From a virus (lineage: Duplodnaviria > Caudoviricetes), in IMG/VR virus record IMGVR_UViG_3300028832_000109, positions 1 through 64,000 of that record: a stretch of 64,000 nucleotides of DNA; one strand, written 5' to 3'. Positions 30,187 through 39,137 of the stretch are shown here, in pieces (positions within the stretch are counted from its first letter, which is position 1; each line of letters opens with the position of its first letter). The notes under the pieces are model-generated. The model saw only the letters and a program-made list of their open reading frames with translations. It made no database searches and was not told where the DNA came from. Position numbers and translations under genes: made by a program.

Positions 30187-31305
30187 CTATTTCTGCTGCC
30201 CGAGCTTTATCTGGATTCCGCCGGGACCATTTTCCCCTAGGATATCCATCGACACATGGAGCACACCGTTTTGGAGTTCGGGGACGAAACTGTCCTGAAC
30301 CACTGCACGCGGGAAATAGAAGCTGTAATTGAACTCCTCGACAAACGGCGGGATTGCAACCTGGGCAGCGAATTCTGGTCGTTTACCCTTGTTCCCCTTG
30401 CCCTTGAGCTTCGGCGCCATCAGCTTAGCCTGAATCTTGCGGGTGCCGGTGATTACGAGGTTCATGTTGATGTAGTTAATCATGATGTCCTCTTCCTTAA
30501 CACCCGGCAAGTCGACGAAGAAGTGGTACTTCCCATTGGCAACAATCATTTCATAATTGGGTTCGCCATAGTTGGGTAGCACCCGGACAATCGACTCCCC
30601 GGACTGCCCGGATTCGTCCTGCTGAGCCTGCTGTTGCGGCATCTGCTGAGCCGGCATTTGCATCTGCATCTGCATCTGCATTTGCTCCATCGGCTGCATT
30701 TGCTGCATCTGCATTTGCGGCTGCATCATGCCCTGTGGCATCATTCCTTGTCCCTGCATCATCATTCCCTGTCCCTGCTGCATATTAATCCACTCCCTTT
30801 GCTGTTCCATAAAGTTTCTTCTTTCCGCATCGAGCCGATAGCGTTCCTGATTGAGACGCTGCCGTTCGAGTGCGAGGTTGTTTTGTTCATCTTCCATCTG
30901 TCGCTGGAATTCCCACTCTTCTCGGTGGGCAAGCTGTTTCTGCGCCATTGCCTGTTGCTGCATCTGCGCCTGGCGAGTGCGTCCGAGCCGCCTGGGCCCC
31001 TGTGGAGGGGCGGCGACCCTGCGACCTGCAGCATCGGTGTCCACCTGGCCAGGTATGCGGTTCTGCCGGTTGATGCGCTGCACTTCCCTCATAGTGATGT
31101 CGTTCAGCCGTTCCGGGTTTCCTCCGCCCTTCATCTCTTGCGGCATGACCGGATTTTCGCTGCACAGGAGGGTAGGCTCCTCGTCATAGTCAGGATAATA
31201 ACGTAATCCCATCGGTTCTTCCTCTTCCTCGTCGCCTAAGTTCCAGTCTTCCGGCACGGCGCGTTCGCCGAAGACGAAATCCTTGATTTTCTTGAAAATG
31301 CCCAC
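30187..31305 (-). CDS. small heat-shock (Hsp20) protein with a long Q/M-rich N-terminal arm
   Basis: C-terminal VDLPGVKEEDIMI...LVITGTR...LQNGVLHV alpha-crystallin signature. Confidence 0.85.
   Translation of the reverse strand: MGIFKKIKDFVFGERAVPEDWNLGDEEEEEPMGLRYYPDYDEEPTLLCSENPVMPQEMKGGGNPERLNDITMREVQRINRQNRIPGQVDTDAAGRRVAAPPQGPRRLGRTRQAQMQQQAMAQKQLAHREEWEFQRQMEDEQNNLALERQRLNQERYRLDAERRNFMEQQREWINMQQGQGMMMQGQGMMPQGMMQPQMQMQQMQPMEQMQMQMQMQMPAQQMPQQQAQQDESGQSGESIVRVLPNYGEPNYEMIVANGKYHFFVDLPGVKEEDIMINYINMNLVITGTRKIQAKLMAPKLKGKGNKGKRPEFAAQVAIPPFVEEFNYSFYFPRAVVQDSFVPELQNGVLHVSMDILGENGPGGIQIKLGQQK
30619..30790 (-). repeat. Gln/Met low-complexity tract
   Basis: MQQGQGMMMQGQGMMPQGMMQPQMQMQQMQPMEQMQMQMQMQMPAQQMPQQQAQQ, with CAGATG hexamer repeats. 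Confidence 0.9.
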
Positions 31306-31306
31306 A

Positions 31307-32128
31307 TTAGTGTATCCCGTCGGTAAAGTCGTCTAGCCCGTGGGCCTCCCGGAGTTTCGCCAGGGCCTTCGCCTTTGTATGGCGAGCCCACTCCTTCGAT
31401 GTCCCGAACTCTACGGCCGCTTCTTCTAAACTAGATTCTTCTCCGTCAAGTCCATACATGCAGCGCAACAGTTTTCTCTCGTCCGGGGTCAAGGTGACCT
31501 TGAGTTCGGAATTTACTCGTTCCCTCAGCAGTTCCATCCCGTACCGGTAATCGGGCATCTTGCTCGGGTCGGTGTCCTGGATGGACTCGCCGACCGTTAT
31601 GGCCCCGCCGTCGTCATCGTCGGTATCTACTGGAAGGTCCATGGAGAAGGTGTGCATGATGGATGCCTCGGCTTCCTTCCCGTACCTTATCGTATCCACC
31701 GGATTTCCCTTACGGAGCGCGTCAAGGACCTTCTTCCTGAGGCGCACGGGTACACGTACCAGGTCGTTCTCCTGCACTGTCCCGCCCATCCGTGTCCTCA
31801 TGTACCACACGGCGAACGAGCCGAACTTCACCCCTAGCGTGTAGTCGTATCGGTAGAAGGCCTCCATCAAGCCCAGCTTGGCATCAGCGTAGAAATCTTC
31901 CACAGGTATGCTAGTGATTCGATGGTAGTCCATCGCGAACTGCAAGGCAAACCTGAGATTTGACTGTATCACCTTGAGTTTCGCGGATTCCCGTATGTGT
32001 TTCGGTATCGACTGGTCATGATATATCTTGAAGCACGCGGTCTCGGCGTCCCTTCCGATAATCTCATAAGCGGAGGTCTCCTTTATCAGCAAGGATACAT
32101 TCTCCCCCATGTCAACTTTTTTAGCCAT
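31307..32128 (-). CDS. sigma-70 family RNA polymerase sigma factor (regions 2-4)
   Basis: SNLRFAL, GLMEAFYRYDYTLGVKFGSFAVWYMR, LVRVPV, SMDLPV, LTPDERKLL..MYGL...SLEE...EWARH..KALAKLR. Confidence 0.92.
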   Translation of the reverse strand: MAKKVDMGENVSLLIKETSAYEIIGRDAETACFKIYHDQSIPKHIRESAKLKVIQSNLRFALQFAMDYHRITSIPVEDFYADAKLGLMEAFYRYDYTLGVKFGSFAVWYMRTRMGGTVQENDLVRVPVRLRKKVLDALRKGNPVDTIRYGKEAEASIMHTFSMDLPVDTDDDDGGAITVGESIQDTDPSKMPDYRYGMELLRERVNSELKVTLTPDERKLLRCMYGLDGEESSLEEAAVEFGTSKEWARHTKAKALAKLREAHGLDDFTDGIH

Positions 32129-32222
32129 CTGATAGTTCCACAGTTAATTACCAGTAATATAACCACATATCAACAATTTGTCAACATGTTTTTTACAAAA
32201 ACTTACTATAAACTGAAAAAAT

Positions 32223-32546
32223 ATGGAAGAAAACCGTTCAGACTATACGCTCATGGCCAACCTGGACCAGGCGGCATTCGCGGAACTTGCCGGAAAGGCC
32301 GCGAAACAGCTGTGCAAAAGGGTCCAGTCGGTAGCCATGCTCAACTACAGAGGCCCAGGCTATCTGTACCAGGACTTCGTGGTTACCATCCGCCAGGATT
32401 CCAAGCGAAAGAAGCTGGAAGTTGTGCGCAACCGTGACGCGGTGGTAGTGCTCGCCGTGGACAACGGGCGCATGATAGCGGTAAACTACGAGTACATCTT
32501 CGTCGAACGCCACCTGAATGACAAGGTAAGTACGGGCAATGGCTAA
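32223..32546 (+). CDS. hypothetical protein
   Basis: 107 aa. TATAAACT at 32207-32214 lies 8 nt upstream. Overlaps the infA start. Confidence 0.65.
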   Translation: MEENRSDYTLMANLDQAAFAELAGKAAKQLCKRVQSVAMLNYRGPGYLYQDFVVTIRQDSKRKKLEVVRNRDAVVVLAVDNGRMIAVNYEYIFVERHLNDKVSTGNG

Positions 32547-32757
32547 GGAATGCGGAGTAGTAGTCGAGGGCACCGTGAAGGATGCCCGAGGTAGCGGATT
32601 CTTCACCGTGGTGCTCGACAACGGTTTCGAGGTACTCGCTCGGCCTAACGGGAAAATGACCAAGAACACAATAAGGATTAACCCGGACGACAGGGTAAAG
32701 GTGGAACTCGGCCCATACGACCCGACGCGAGGCCGAATAATCTTCAGATACAAATGA
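32539..32757 (+). CDS. infA: translation initiation factor IF-1
   Basis: 72 aa: MAKE..VVEGTV...FTVVLDNG.EVLA...GKM..N.IRI...DRVKVEL.PYDPTRGRIIFRYK. Confidence 0.95.
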   Translation: MAKECGVVVEGTVKDARGSGFFTVVLDNGFEVLARPNGKMTKNTIRINPDDRVKVELGPYDPTRGRIIFRYK

Positions 32758-32760
32758 CAG

Positions 32761-32786
32761 AAAGGACCGGGCAAGCCGGTCCTTGT
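32761..32786. terminator. intrinsic terminator
   Basis: AAGGACCGG-GCAAG-CCGGTCCTT between convergent genes. Confidence 0.7.
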
Positions 32787-32810
32787 TGTATCGACGTCTG
32801 CTATTGAAAA

Positions 32811-33557
32811 CTACTTGTCCGCGGGCTTCGCCTGAGCCTTCGGGGCAGGCTTCTTCGCGGCGGCCTTCCGGGTTGCCGTCTTCTTCGCAGGGGCCTTTTT
32901 AACCGGGGCCTTCATCTCCTTCTTGACAGTTACCTTCGGTGCCGTGATTTTCGGCGCCGTTTCGGTCTTTCCCGGATTGCGCTTGGCCTTGGCCATCGCT
33001 TTCTTCAGGTCGGCCAGGTTCGCCCTGTATTTCGCCAGGGTGCGGTCGGACGATTCCGGCATGCCGGCGACCTTCAGGACATCGATGCGGCGTGCGATGC
33101 GCTGCTCATAGAACTTGACGAGTTCCTCGGCAGTGGCCGGCTTGCTGCGGGTGGCAGGCTTCTTGGGTTCGGCCGGGGTAGCATCATCGCGCTTCGTCAG
33201 TGGCTTGCCCTTGGCGCCCGGAAGCTGCACCGTCACGGTATCCTTCCCGACTTTCTCCTCGAACGAGACATCGGCCGTAATGGACACGGGAACGGAAACA
33301 TCGTAGGCGACTGACTGGTCACCAAGACCTGCTGGGGTTAGCCCGCCGAATACCGAGTCGACCGAAGGGTTTACCCCCACCGGTTCGTGCTGTTCAGCAG
33401 GAGCTTCGGTGTCCGGGGTTTCGACTTCTGGCGCATCAGCTTCCGCAGTATCGGCGAACGCCTTGTCGATTGCCGACTTGCGTCGTTTCGCGATTACGCA
33501 AAAACCGATGATGAACGCTATGACAATGACCGCCGAAATCACATATTCCAATGTCAT
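32811..33557 (-). CDS. membrane-anchored protein with a histone-H1-like Lys/Ala/Pro tail
   Basis: N-terminal TM VISAVIVIAFIIGFCVIA. C-terminal KKAPAKKTATRKAAAKKPAPK. Confidence 0.75.
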   Translation of the reverse strand: MTLEYVISAVIVIAFIIGFCVIAKRRKSAIDKAFADTAEADAPEVETPDTEAPAEQHEPVGVNPSVDSVFGGLTPAGLGDQSVAYDVSVPVSITADVSFEEKVGKDTVTVQLPGAKGKPLTKRDDATPAEPKKPATRSKPATAEELVKFYEQRIARRIDVLKVAGMPESSDRTLAKYRANLADLKKAMAKAKRNPGKTETAPKITAPKVTVKKEMKAPVKKAPAKKTATRKAAAKKPAPKAQAKPADK

Positions 33558-33622
33558 CGTATTCTCCTTATTTTGGACTGTTACCCGATGAAACTATTAC
33601 ATTCCGCTATAAACTGGATGTT

Positions 33623-33844
33623 ATGGCGAAACAAAAGTCCAAAAAAGTCAAGACCCTCCCGGAAAATACCGTACCACAGGTAGAAGCCGTACCGGCAAAA
33701 GAACAGCCCGCCCGTCCGGCAGTCTCCGGCGAATCATCGGCCCCCGTGGTGCCGAAGAAGCGGGTACGAATACGCAAGAAGGCGACGAAGCATCTCTCCG
33801 TCGCCGTACTGTGCACGAACCCGATAACCCGGCGGTTCATCTAG
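33623..33844 (+). CDS. small basic hypothetical protein
   Basis: MAKQKSKK... starts 7 nt after TATAAACT (33608-33615). Confidence 0.5.
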   Translation: MAKQKSKKVKTLPENTVPQVEAVPAKEQPARPAVSGESSAPVVPKKRVRIRKKATKHLSVAVLCTNPITRRFI

Positions 33845-34440
33845 GTTGCCGGGTAGACCACCGGTTCAAGTCCTTCCTCGTCATCGTCATCGTCACTGCG
33901 TCCGCCCTCGTTATTGACGGGGGCGTTTCCTATCGTGAACGACTCGCATTCCTCGATTATGATATTGAATCTCTTCGGGAGCATCTTTCCCTTGCGTTCT
34001 TCCTTGATGCCGAAGTAGAGTTCCTGGATGTCGTTGTCCGAGTTCTCCCCATTTTTTATGAAGGACATGACCGCCTCTCGGCATCCCTTCTTGACGGAAA
34101 ACGCGATGTTAATGAGCTGCGCCTTGAAGCATGTTCCGGGCACGTTGGCCGGAATATTGTGGCCAAAATCGATGTCGACGAAGATGCCCTTGTCGGCCAG
34201 CGGAATGCTGATTTTCCACGGAACGTTCGCCGTCGGAATCTTCTCGTCAAAATTGGCGAGCTCCGGGATAATGCCGTACGACGCCCACCGGCCGAACGCA
34301 CCGGCGAATAAGTCTATTTCGCTGTCGTTGTCGTCCGGAATAGTCTTGATTTCAAACTTGCGCACCGAGGAGTTCTTCGGCCCGAACTTGGCCAACCCGC
34401 CCATGAAGTTGAGCTTCAGCATACCTTCTTTCGATTTCAT
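33841..34440 (-). CDS. hypothetical protein with an acidic tail
   Basis: 199 aa. TTGCTATATTT at 34472-34482 upstream. Confidence 0.7.
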   Translation of the reverse strand: MKSKEGMLKLNFMGGLAKFGPKNSSVRKFEIKTIPDDNDSEIDLFAGAFGRWASYGIIPELANFDEKIPTANVPWKISIPLADKGIFVDIDFGHNIPANVPGTCFKAQLINIAFSVKKGCREAVMSFIKNGENSDNDIQELYFGIKEERKGKMLPKRFNIIIEECESFTIGNAPVNNEGGRSDDDDDEEGLEPVVYPAT

Positions 34441-34471
34441 AGAAATGCTCCATAGTTTAAAGGTCCGTCAC

Positions 34472-34492
34472 AAATATAGCAAACAATAAACT
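34472..34492. promoter_or_regulatory. back-to-back TTGCTATATTT (minus) and ATAAACT (plus) motifs
   Basis: AAATATAGCAA 34472-34482 and ATAAACT 34486-34492. Confidence 0.65.
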
Positions 34493-34511
34493 ACACGAAC
34501 GAGGACCAATC

Positions 34512-35081
34512 ATGAAAAACACACTTCTTCGCTTTACCCGCCAACTTACCCAGTACAGCCCGCTCCTCCGCCAGAGGGTGGAAAACATTTACAGCAAGAT
34601 ATTCGAGGGAATAGGAACCAACGCCGCCCTCAGCAACCTACGGGACAAGGTCGGGGACAATTCCCTTGAAACGGAAGGCGACGGGGTGTTCGGCCTCAGC
34701 GGTGCCGCCGGGTTCAAAGACTCCCCGACACCGGAAGCATCACTGGACAAGGCCATCGACGACGGAATCGAGTCCGGGAACCTGGAACAGTTCGGTACCG
34801 CCATCCCGACCGAGTCGCTACCGACGGAAGAGGACTTCGGCCTCGGCGCCGACCCCATGGAAACCACGGGCGACCCGCTTGCTGACCTGTTCGGCGACGA
34901 CAGCGGTTCGGCGAGCGACCTTGGCCTAGACGGCCTGGATGATGAGTTCCCGGAAGAGGAACCCGATATTGCGCCCGAACCCGAGTTGGCAACGGACGAC
35001 AAGCCGGTAGATTCGCCGGAAGGCGGAGTTGCTCCGGAAGACGGGATTGCGCCCGCGGGTGACGATGAACTGCCAGTCTAA
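34512..35081 (+). CDS. very acidic protein with FE[GS] leader, candidate prohead core or internal protein
   Basis: SPLLRQRVENIYSKIFEG followed by a D/E-rich disordered remainder. Confidence 0.7.
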   Translation: MKNTLLRFTRQLTQYSPLLRQRVENIYSKIFEGIGTNAALSNLRDKVGDNSLETEGDGVFGLSGAAGFKDSPTPEASLDKAIDDGIESGNLEQFGTAIPTESLPTEEDFGLGADPMETTGDPLADLFGDDSGSASDLGLDGLDDEFPEEEPDIAPEPELATDDKPVDSPEGGVAPEDGIAPAGDDELPV

Positions 35082-35100
35082 GTACGGGACATGTTGAAAC

Positions 35101-35127
35101 AAAAGAGCCGGCTTCCGCCGGCTTTTT
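35101..35127. terminator. bidirectional intrinsic terminator
   Basis: AAAAGAGCCGGC-TTCC-GCCGGCTTTTT. Confidence 0.8.
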
Positions 35128-36234
35128 CTAGTTCGGTGTGATTGTGGCGTTGATTTTGGAACGCCGGCGCTTGTCCTCGCGCCTCTCGGCCTTCGCCACG
35201 TCCCGCGCGAGTCTTTCGGATTCCTTCTCGCGAATTCGGAGCTTTTTGAGGACGGTCTTGCGCACTTCCTTGTTGTATTCGCGGCGTTCGTCGGAGACGT
35301 TACCCTCGCGGACGAACTTGTCGATGTCGCCAATTATACGGCCGACCTTAATCTCTTCGTCGTTCAAGGTATTCAACGCGGTCAACCTGGCAGTCGACTG
35401 TTCACGGATGTGCTTCACCTTCTTGTCTATCTTGTCCCATACGCCGTATAGCGAGGCGTAATCGTCGGTGATATATTTCAGCAGGCCCTGCGCCGACATC
35501 GGAGACTGGTTAACGTTACCTTCCGGGATGTGGCGGTCGGCTTTCCATGCCTTGCCCTCGACGTATACCGGGACTATCTTAAACCGACCGTCCGCACCTA
35601 TCTGCACCAGTGTCATGTGTTCGGCATTGGCCGCCCAGGCTATGCACTTGCGACGGTTCACTCCGTTGTCATCGAAACCGAGACTGACGGTTTCCGGGCA
35701 TTGGAACACCACTCCCCAATAATACCCGGTAGTATCCTTCGGCTTGACTTCGCCTAGCTTGGAAACGTAGATGTATCCGTTACGGCGGCCACCGACTTCC
35801 TCGGACTTCGAATCGGTAGAAATTTTCCAAAACGCGTTAAGGTTCGGTGCCCCATGGTACACCTGCTCGGTCACAATCTGACGGGCTTCGACCTCCGACT
35901 GCATCATGTCGATGTACCAGCAGGCGTCATCTTCCTGGATAGGATTGTTGGTATGGTAGAAAAGGTTGAGAGTACCGTTCACGAATTCCAGCCAGTCCTT
36001 GTCGGTATCATTCTGGAAATCGTACTTGTTGAACCACTCCTCGTACTTCTCCTGGGCCTCGGTAGGCAGCTCGACAACGCGGAACATGTTCCGGAACTGG
36101 TACGGCGTATAGCCGCACTCGCCGCACTTCTTCATTATCCAGAAATCCAGGATAATGTCCTTGTGCGACTTCCATGTGATTCCGTCGTTGATATAGTTGA
36201 AGAGGCGGATGCCTGCAATTTTACGAGCTTTCAT
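35128..36234 (-). CDS. hypothetical late protein with a C-terminal coiled coil
   Basis: Start reassigned to MKARK. ATAAACT (minus) at 36258-36264. Confidence 0.7.
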   Translation of the reverse strand: MKARKIAGIRLFNYINDGITWKSHKDIILDFWIMKKCGECGYTPYQFRNMFRVVELPTEAQEKYEEWFNKYDFQNDTDKDWLEFVNGTLNLFYHTNNPIQEDDACWYIDMMQSEVEARQIVTEQVYHGAPNLNAFWKISTDSKSEEVGGRRNGYIYVSKLGEVKPKDTTGYYWGVVFQCPETVSLGFDDNGVNRRKCIAWAANAEHMTLVQIGADGRFKIVPVYVEGKAWKADRHIPEGNVNQSPMSAQGLLKYITDDYASLYGVWDKIDKKVKHIREQSTARLTALNTLNDEEIKVGRIIGDIDKFVREGNVSDERREYNKEVRKTVLKKLRIREKESERLARDVAKAERREDKRRRSKINATITPN

Positions 36235-36257
36235 GTGGATATCCCAGTGACAACCCA

Positions 36258-36297
36258 AGTTTATCGAGTAACCCCCGGGCTCGCGAGGATATAAACT
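36258..36297. promoter_or_regulatory. divergent pair of ATAAACT motifs
   Basis: AGTTTAT 36258-36264 and TATAAACT 36290-36297. Confidence 0.65.
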
Positions 36298-36327
36298 GCA
36301 ATCAAACTAGTACGAAAGGAACCTCTC

Positions 36328-37287
36328 ATGGACCGTTCAAAATGGATGAACTTCGATATGCCGAACGAAGAAGAGCTCGGGCAAATCATTCTCGAAGCAC
36401 AAAAGAAGGAAAAGGACAAGTCCGGTAATCTCGACCCGGAGACCTTCTTCCCATTCTGGTCCCCTAATGGACCCCAGTCTGCCGTGAAGCTCAGCGACAA
36501 GAGTGGAACGGTCAAGCCAAAGGTGGACTTTAATCCGGCCGAAACCCGCATAGACAAGGTGTGGGAAGACTTCCTCGGAAACAAGAAGGCAAAGGATAAG
36601 AAGAATGCCAAGCCGGTCACCGAAGTCGACAACTTCGGTAGCGTTGTGCTGGATTCGTTTGCGCAAAAGCCCGAGCCTAGCAAGCTGGTCGGTTCCATCA
36701 AGGCCCTCAAGCGGGTCGCTACGAAGGAAATCAGCGGAATGGCTCACAGCAAGACCGAAGTCCTCGGCGTGCCCACGTTCGTCGAAGTTTCCAAGGCCGC
36801 TAACCCATCCAAGAATTCTCTCGTCGGAATCGTAAAGCCGAAAGAATCCATGGGCAAGCAGAACATGCCTGACATGTTCAAGGGCGGGAAGCCAAAAGTC
36901 AACGACGTGAGCGGCGCTACCACGACTGTCGTCCACAGCTACGACGCGAAACTCAAGGCAACGCCGAACAACGTCGAAATCAAGAGCGATGCTGCAAAGC
37001 CAGGTTCCGGAGACCATACCGGTATCGTGAAGCCGAAGGCATCCATGGGCACGCAGAAGCTGCCCGGGATTTTCAACGTCACCAAGCCGAAGGTGAACGA
37101 CGTCAGCGGTACGGTCACGACGATTAAGAGCTTCGGCGGCACCATCAAAGCCACGCCGAACAACGTCACCGTGCAATCCAACGCCGCCAAACCGGGTAAG
37201 GGAGACCATACCGGCATCGTCAGTCCGAAATCCGCAATGAAGGAAGGGAAGAAAGTCTTTACCCCGATTGACGGATTCAAGGGGTAG
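36328..37287 (+). CDS. Lys-rich protein with about 64-aa tandem repeats
   Basis: GIVKPK.SMG.Q..P..F...KPKVNDVSG..TT...KATPNNV...S.AAKPG.GDHT occurs twice, plus a partial third copy. Confidence 0.8.
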   Translation: MDRSKWMNFDMPNEEELGQIILEAQKKEKDKSGNLDPETFFPFWSPNGPQSAVKLSDKSGTVKPKVDFNPAETRIDKVWEDFLGNKKAKDKKNAKPVTEVDNFGSVVLDSFAQKPEPSKLVGSIKALKRVATKEISGMAHSKTEVLGVPTFVEVSKAANPSKNSLVGIVKPKESMGKQNMPDMFKGGKPKVNDVSGATTTVVHSYDAKLKATPNNVEIKSDAAKPGSGDHTGIVKPKASMGTQKLPGIFNVTKPKVNDVSGTVTTIKSFGGTIKATPNNVTVQSNAAKPGKGDHTGIVSPKSAMKEGKKVFTPIDGFKG

Positions 37288-37290
37288 CCG

Positions 37291-37992
37291 ATGGCTACAC
37301 TGGATACAACGCGAGAAAGACCCCGCATAATGCGGAAAGCCCCGGTGCCAGTGCACCAGGGCTTCTGGCGTTGTACAATAGGCCCACTTCCAGTGTCATG
37401 GTACGACGCGGCGCACGACGCGGTGGATACGGCTATCCCGCATACCGCCCCGGTGCCGGAAATGGTAAACGCCCTCATCAAGACCTACATCTGCAACGGT
37501 CTTACCCAATCGTTCGAGAAGGAAGGGCATTACAAGTTTGTCACCCGCATTCCTACCCAGGAAGACAACCAATACGACGGTGCCCTCACCATAACCATGC
37601 TGACCGACCAAGGATACGAGAACTGGTGGGCGATTCACAGATACATGGATACCGTCATGAGCGGCGTAACCGGCGGTGTCCCCATATCGGACACCCGGAG
37701 CCGGGTATTCGGTCTCGATGGCAGGTACCGCAACCGTCTTACATACATTCCGTATATCGACATCCACTGCGCGGATGACAACTCGCAGGAAAGGATGATA
37801 GTCCGATACCGCAGATGCAGGATAACTAATCTAAGCGACATGCAGCCCAACCCGGGCTCGGTCGACCCCGTGCCTTTCAACCTTACCGTACTGTACGAGC
37901 TCAAGGACATAATACGTCTTCCCGACCCGAACAGCTACATGCGGGCGATATGCGTTAGTACGAGTACCAACGCATATAACGACAGAGGATAA
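37291..37992 (+). CDS. putative tail-tube-fold or baseplate-tube junction protein
   Basis: LTITMLTDQGYENW...ITNLSDMQ...FNLTVLYE is the pattern of gp19/gp54-like folds. Confidence 0.5.
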   Translation: MATLDTTRERPRIMRKAPVPVHQGFWRCTIGPLPVSWYDAAHDAVDTAIPHTAPVPEMVNALIKTYICNGLTQSFEKEGHYKFVTRIPTQEDNQYDGALTITMLTDQGYENWWAIHRYMDTVMSGVTGGVPISDTRSRVFGLDGRYRNRLTYIPYIDIHCADDNSQERMIVRYRRCRITNLSDMQPNPGSVDPVPFNLTVLYELKDIIRLPDPNSYMRAICVSTSTNAYNDRG

Positions 37993-39137
37993 TGACGATG
38001 GCAACAACGCAGGCGAACAACGTAATCCGCGCCGATGCCGACTGGCGCAGCGGGGCTCGCGCCGAGAACATGATGGGCTCGGCGTATTACTCTACGTCCG
38101 CCGCGTCGGGCCAGCACATCGGCCTGCTCGACTACTATATGCCTCGCTTTTATGCCATGGCCCGTGGCCACGTAATCAACAAGTACCATGTTGGGCTATA
38201 CGGGCCATACGTTGACGAGGCCCTTCGCATAATGGACCAGAACTCGTTCGCCGACAAGTATGACCTCGGACGGCACAAGTATTTCCCGGACAGCGGTGAC
38301 AATTTCCGCAAGACCCTGTTCGACCAGTGGCTCGAAATGTGCTACGAGGAACGCAGTGGGGTCCTCAACATGTACTGGGCAGCCAAGTCCATTACCATCA
38401 ATTCGCCCACGGCGGAAACAAAGATGGTGATGATGGACAGCACGAAACAAATCCAATATCCCGTAGTCACCGGTATACGGAGCGACAACACGATGACCAT
38501 CGAGGTTGTCGACGACCCGTACCTGATGTGGTACAACTTCTTCAACGCGCTCTTTAATGTGCAGTTCTCCCCCCTGCTCCTGAAACCGAGGAGCACTCTC
38601 CAGAAGATGAACGTGATGGTCGAACTGCTGACCGAAGGCCTGACTGTAGGCAACTCGATGAAAACCATGGATGAGCGCGAGGCGGGGAACCCCTGTATGA
38701 CCGACCTAGTAATCGGCCAGATGTTCGAATTCAACTCCTGCATAAGCCTGCAGGCCCCCTCCATACAGCCGCGGGCGGAAAGCCCGGCACCGTACACGTT
38801 CCAGGTCCAGCTGAAATACCCGAACGCGTTCCAGGGAACCTTCAAGGACCAGATGCGCTACCTTCGCGACAACACCACTCGCGGAATCGACCCTTCGAAG
38901 CGCCTAGAATACGGGGAGACCGCGTGCCAGCCGACACTACACCAGGTAAACTGGAGCCCGTACGGAGACTACAACCTCGAGTTCTTCGAGAGGGACTATG
39001 GCACGTGGCGCGGCGAATACAACGACGCCACCTACGAAGCGTTCCAGCCGAACGTATACAAGCAGTACGCCGCAACGGGACAGGCGGCTTTCAAGGACAC
39101 CAACTACAAGTACGACATGCACGGCAGGCGCCGCTAA
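37992..39137 (+). CDS. putative tail-tube-fold or baseplate protein
   Basis: AKSITINSP...MTIEVVDD...FEFNSC...FQVQLKY pattern. Coupled to the previous gene. Confidence 0.45.
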   Translation: MTMATTQANNVIRADADWRSGARAENMMGSAYYSTSAASGQHIGLLDYYMPRFYAMARGHVINKYHVGLYGPYVDEALRIMDQNSFADKYDLGRHKYFPDSGDNFRKTLFDQWLEMCYEERSGVLNMYWAAKSITINSPTAETKMVMMDSTKQIQYPVVTGIRSDNTMTIEVVDDPYLMWYNFFNALFNVQFSPLLLKPRSTLQKMNVMVELLTEGLTVGNSMKTMDEREAGNPCMTDLVIGQMFEFNSCISLQAPSIQPRAESPAPYTFQVQLKYPNAFQGTFKDQMRYLRDNTTRGIDPSKRLEYGETACQPTLHQVNWSPYGDYNLEFFERDYGTWRGEYNDATYEAFQPNVYKQYAATGQAAFKDTNYKYDMHGRRR

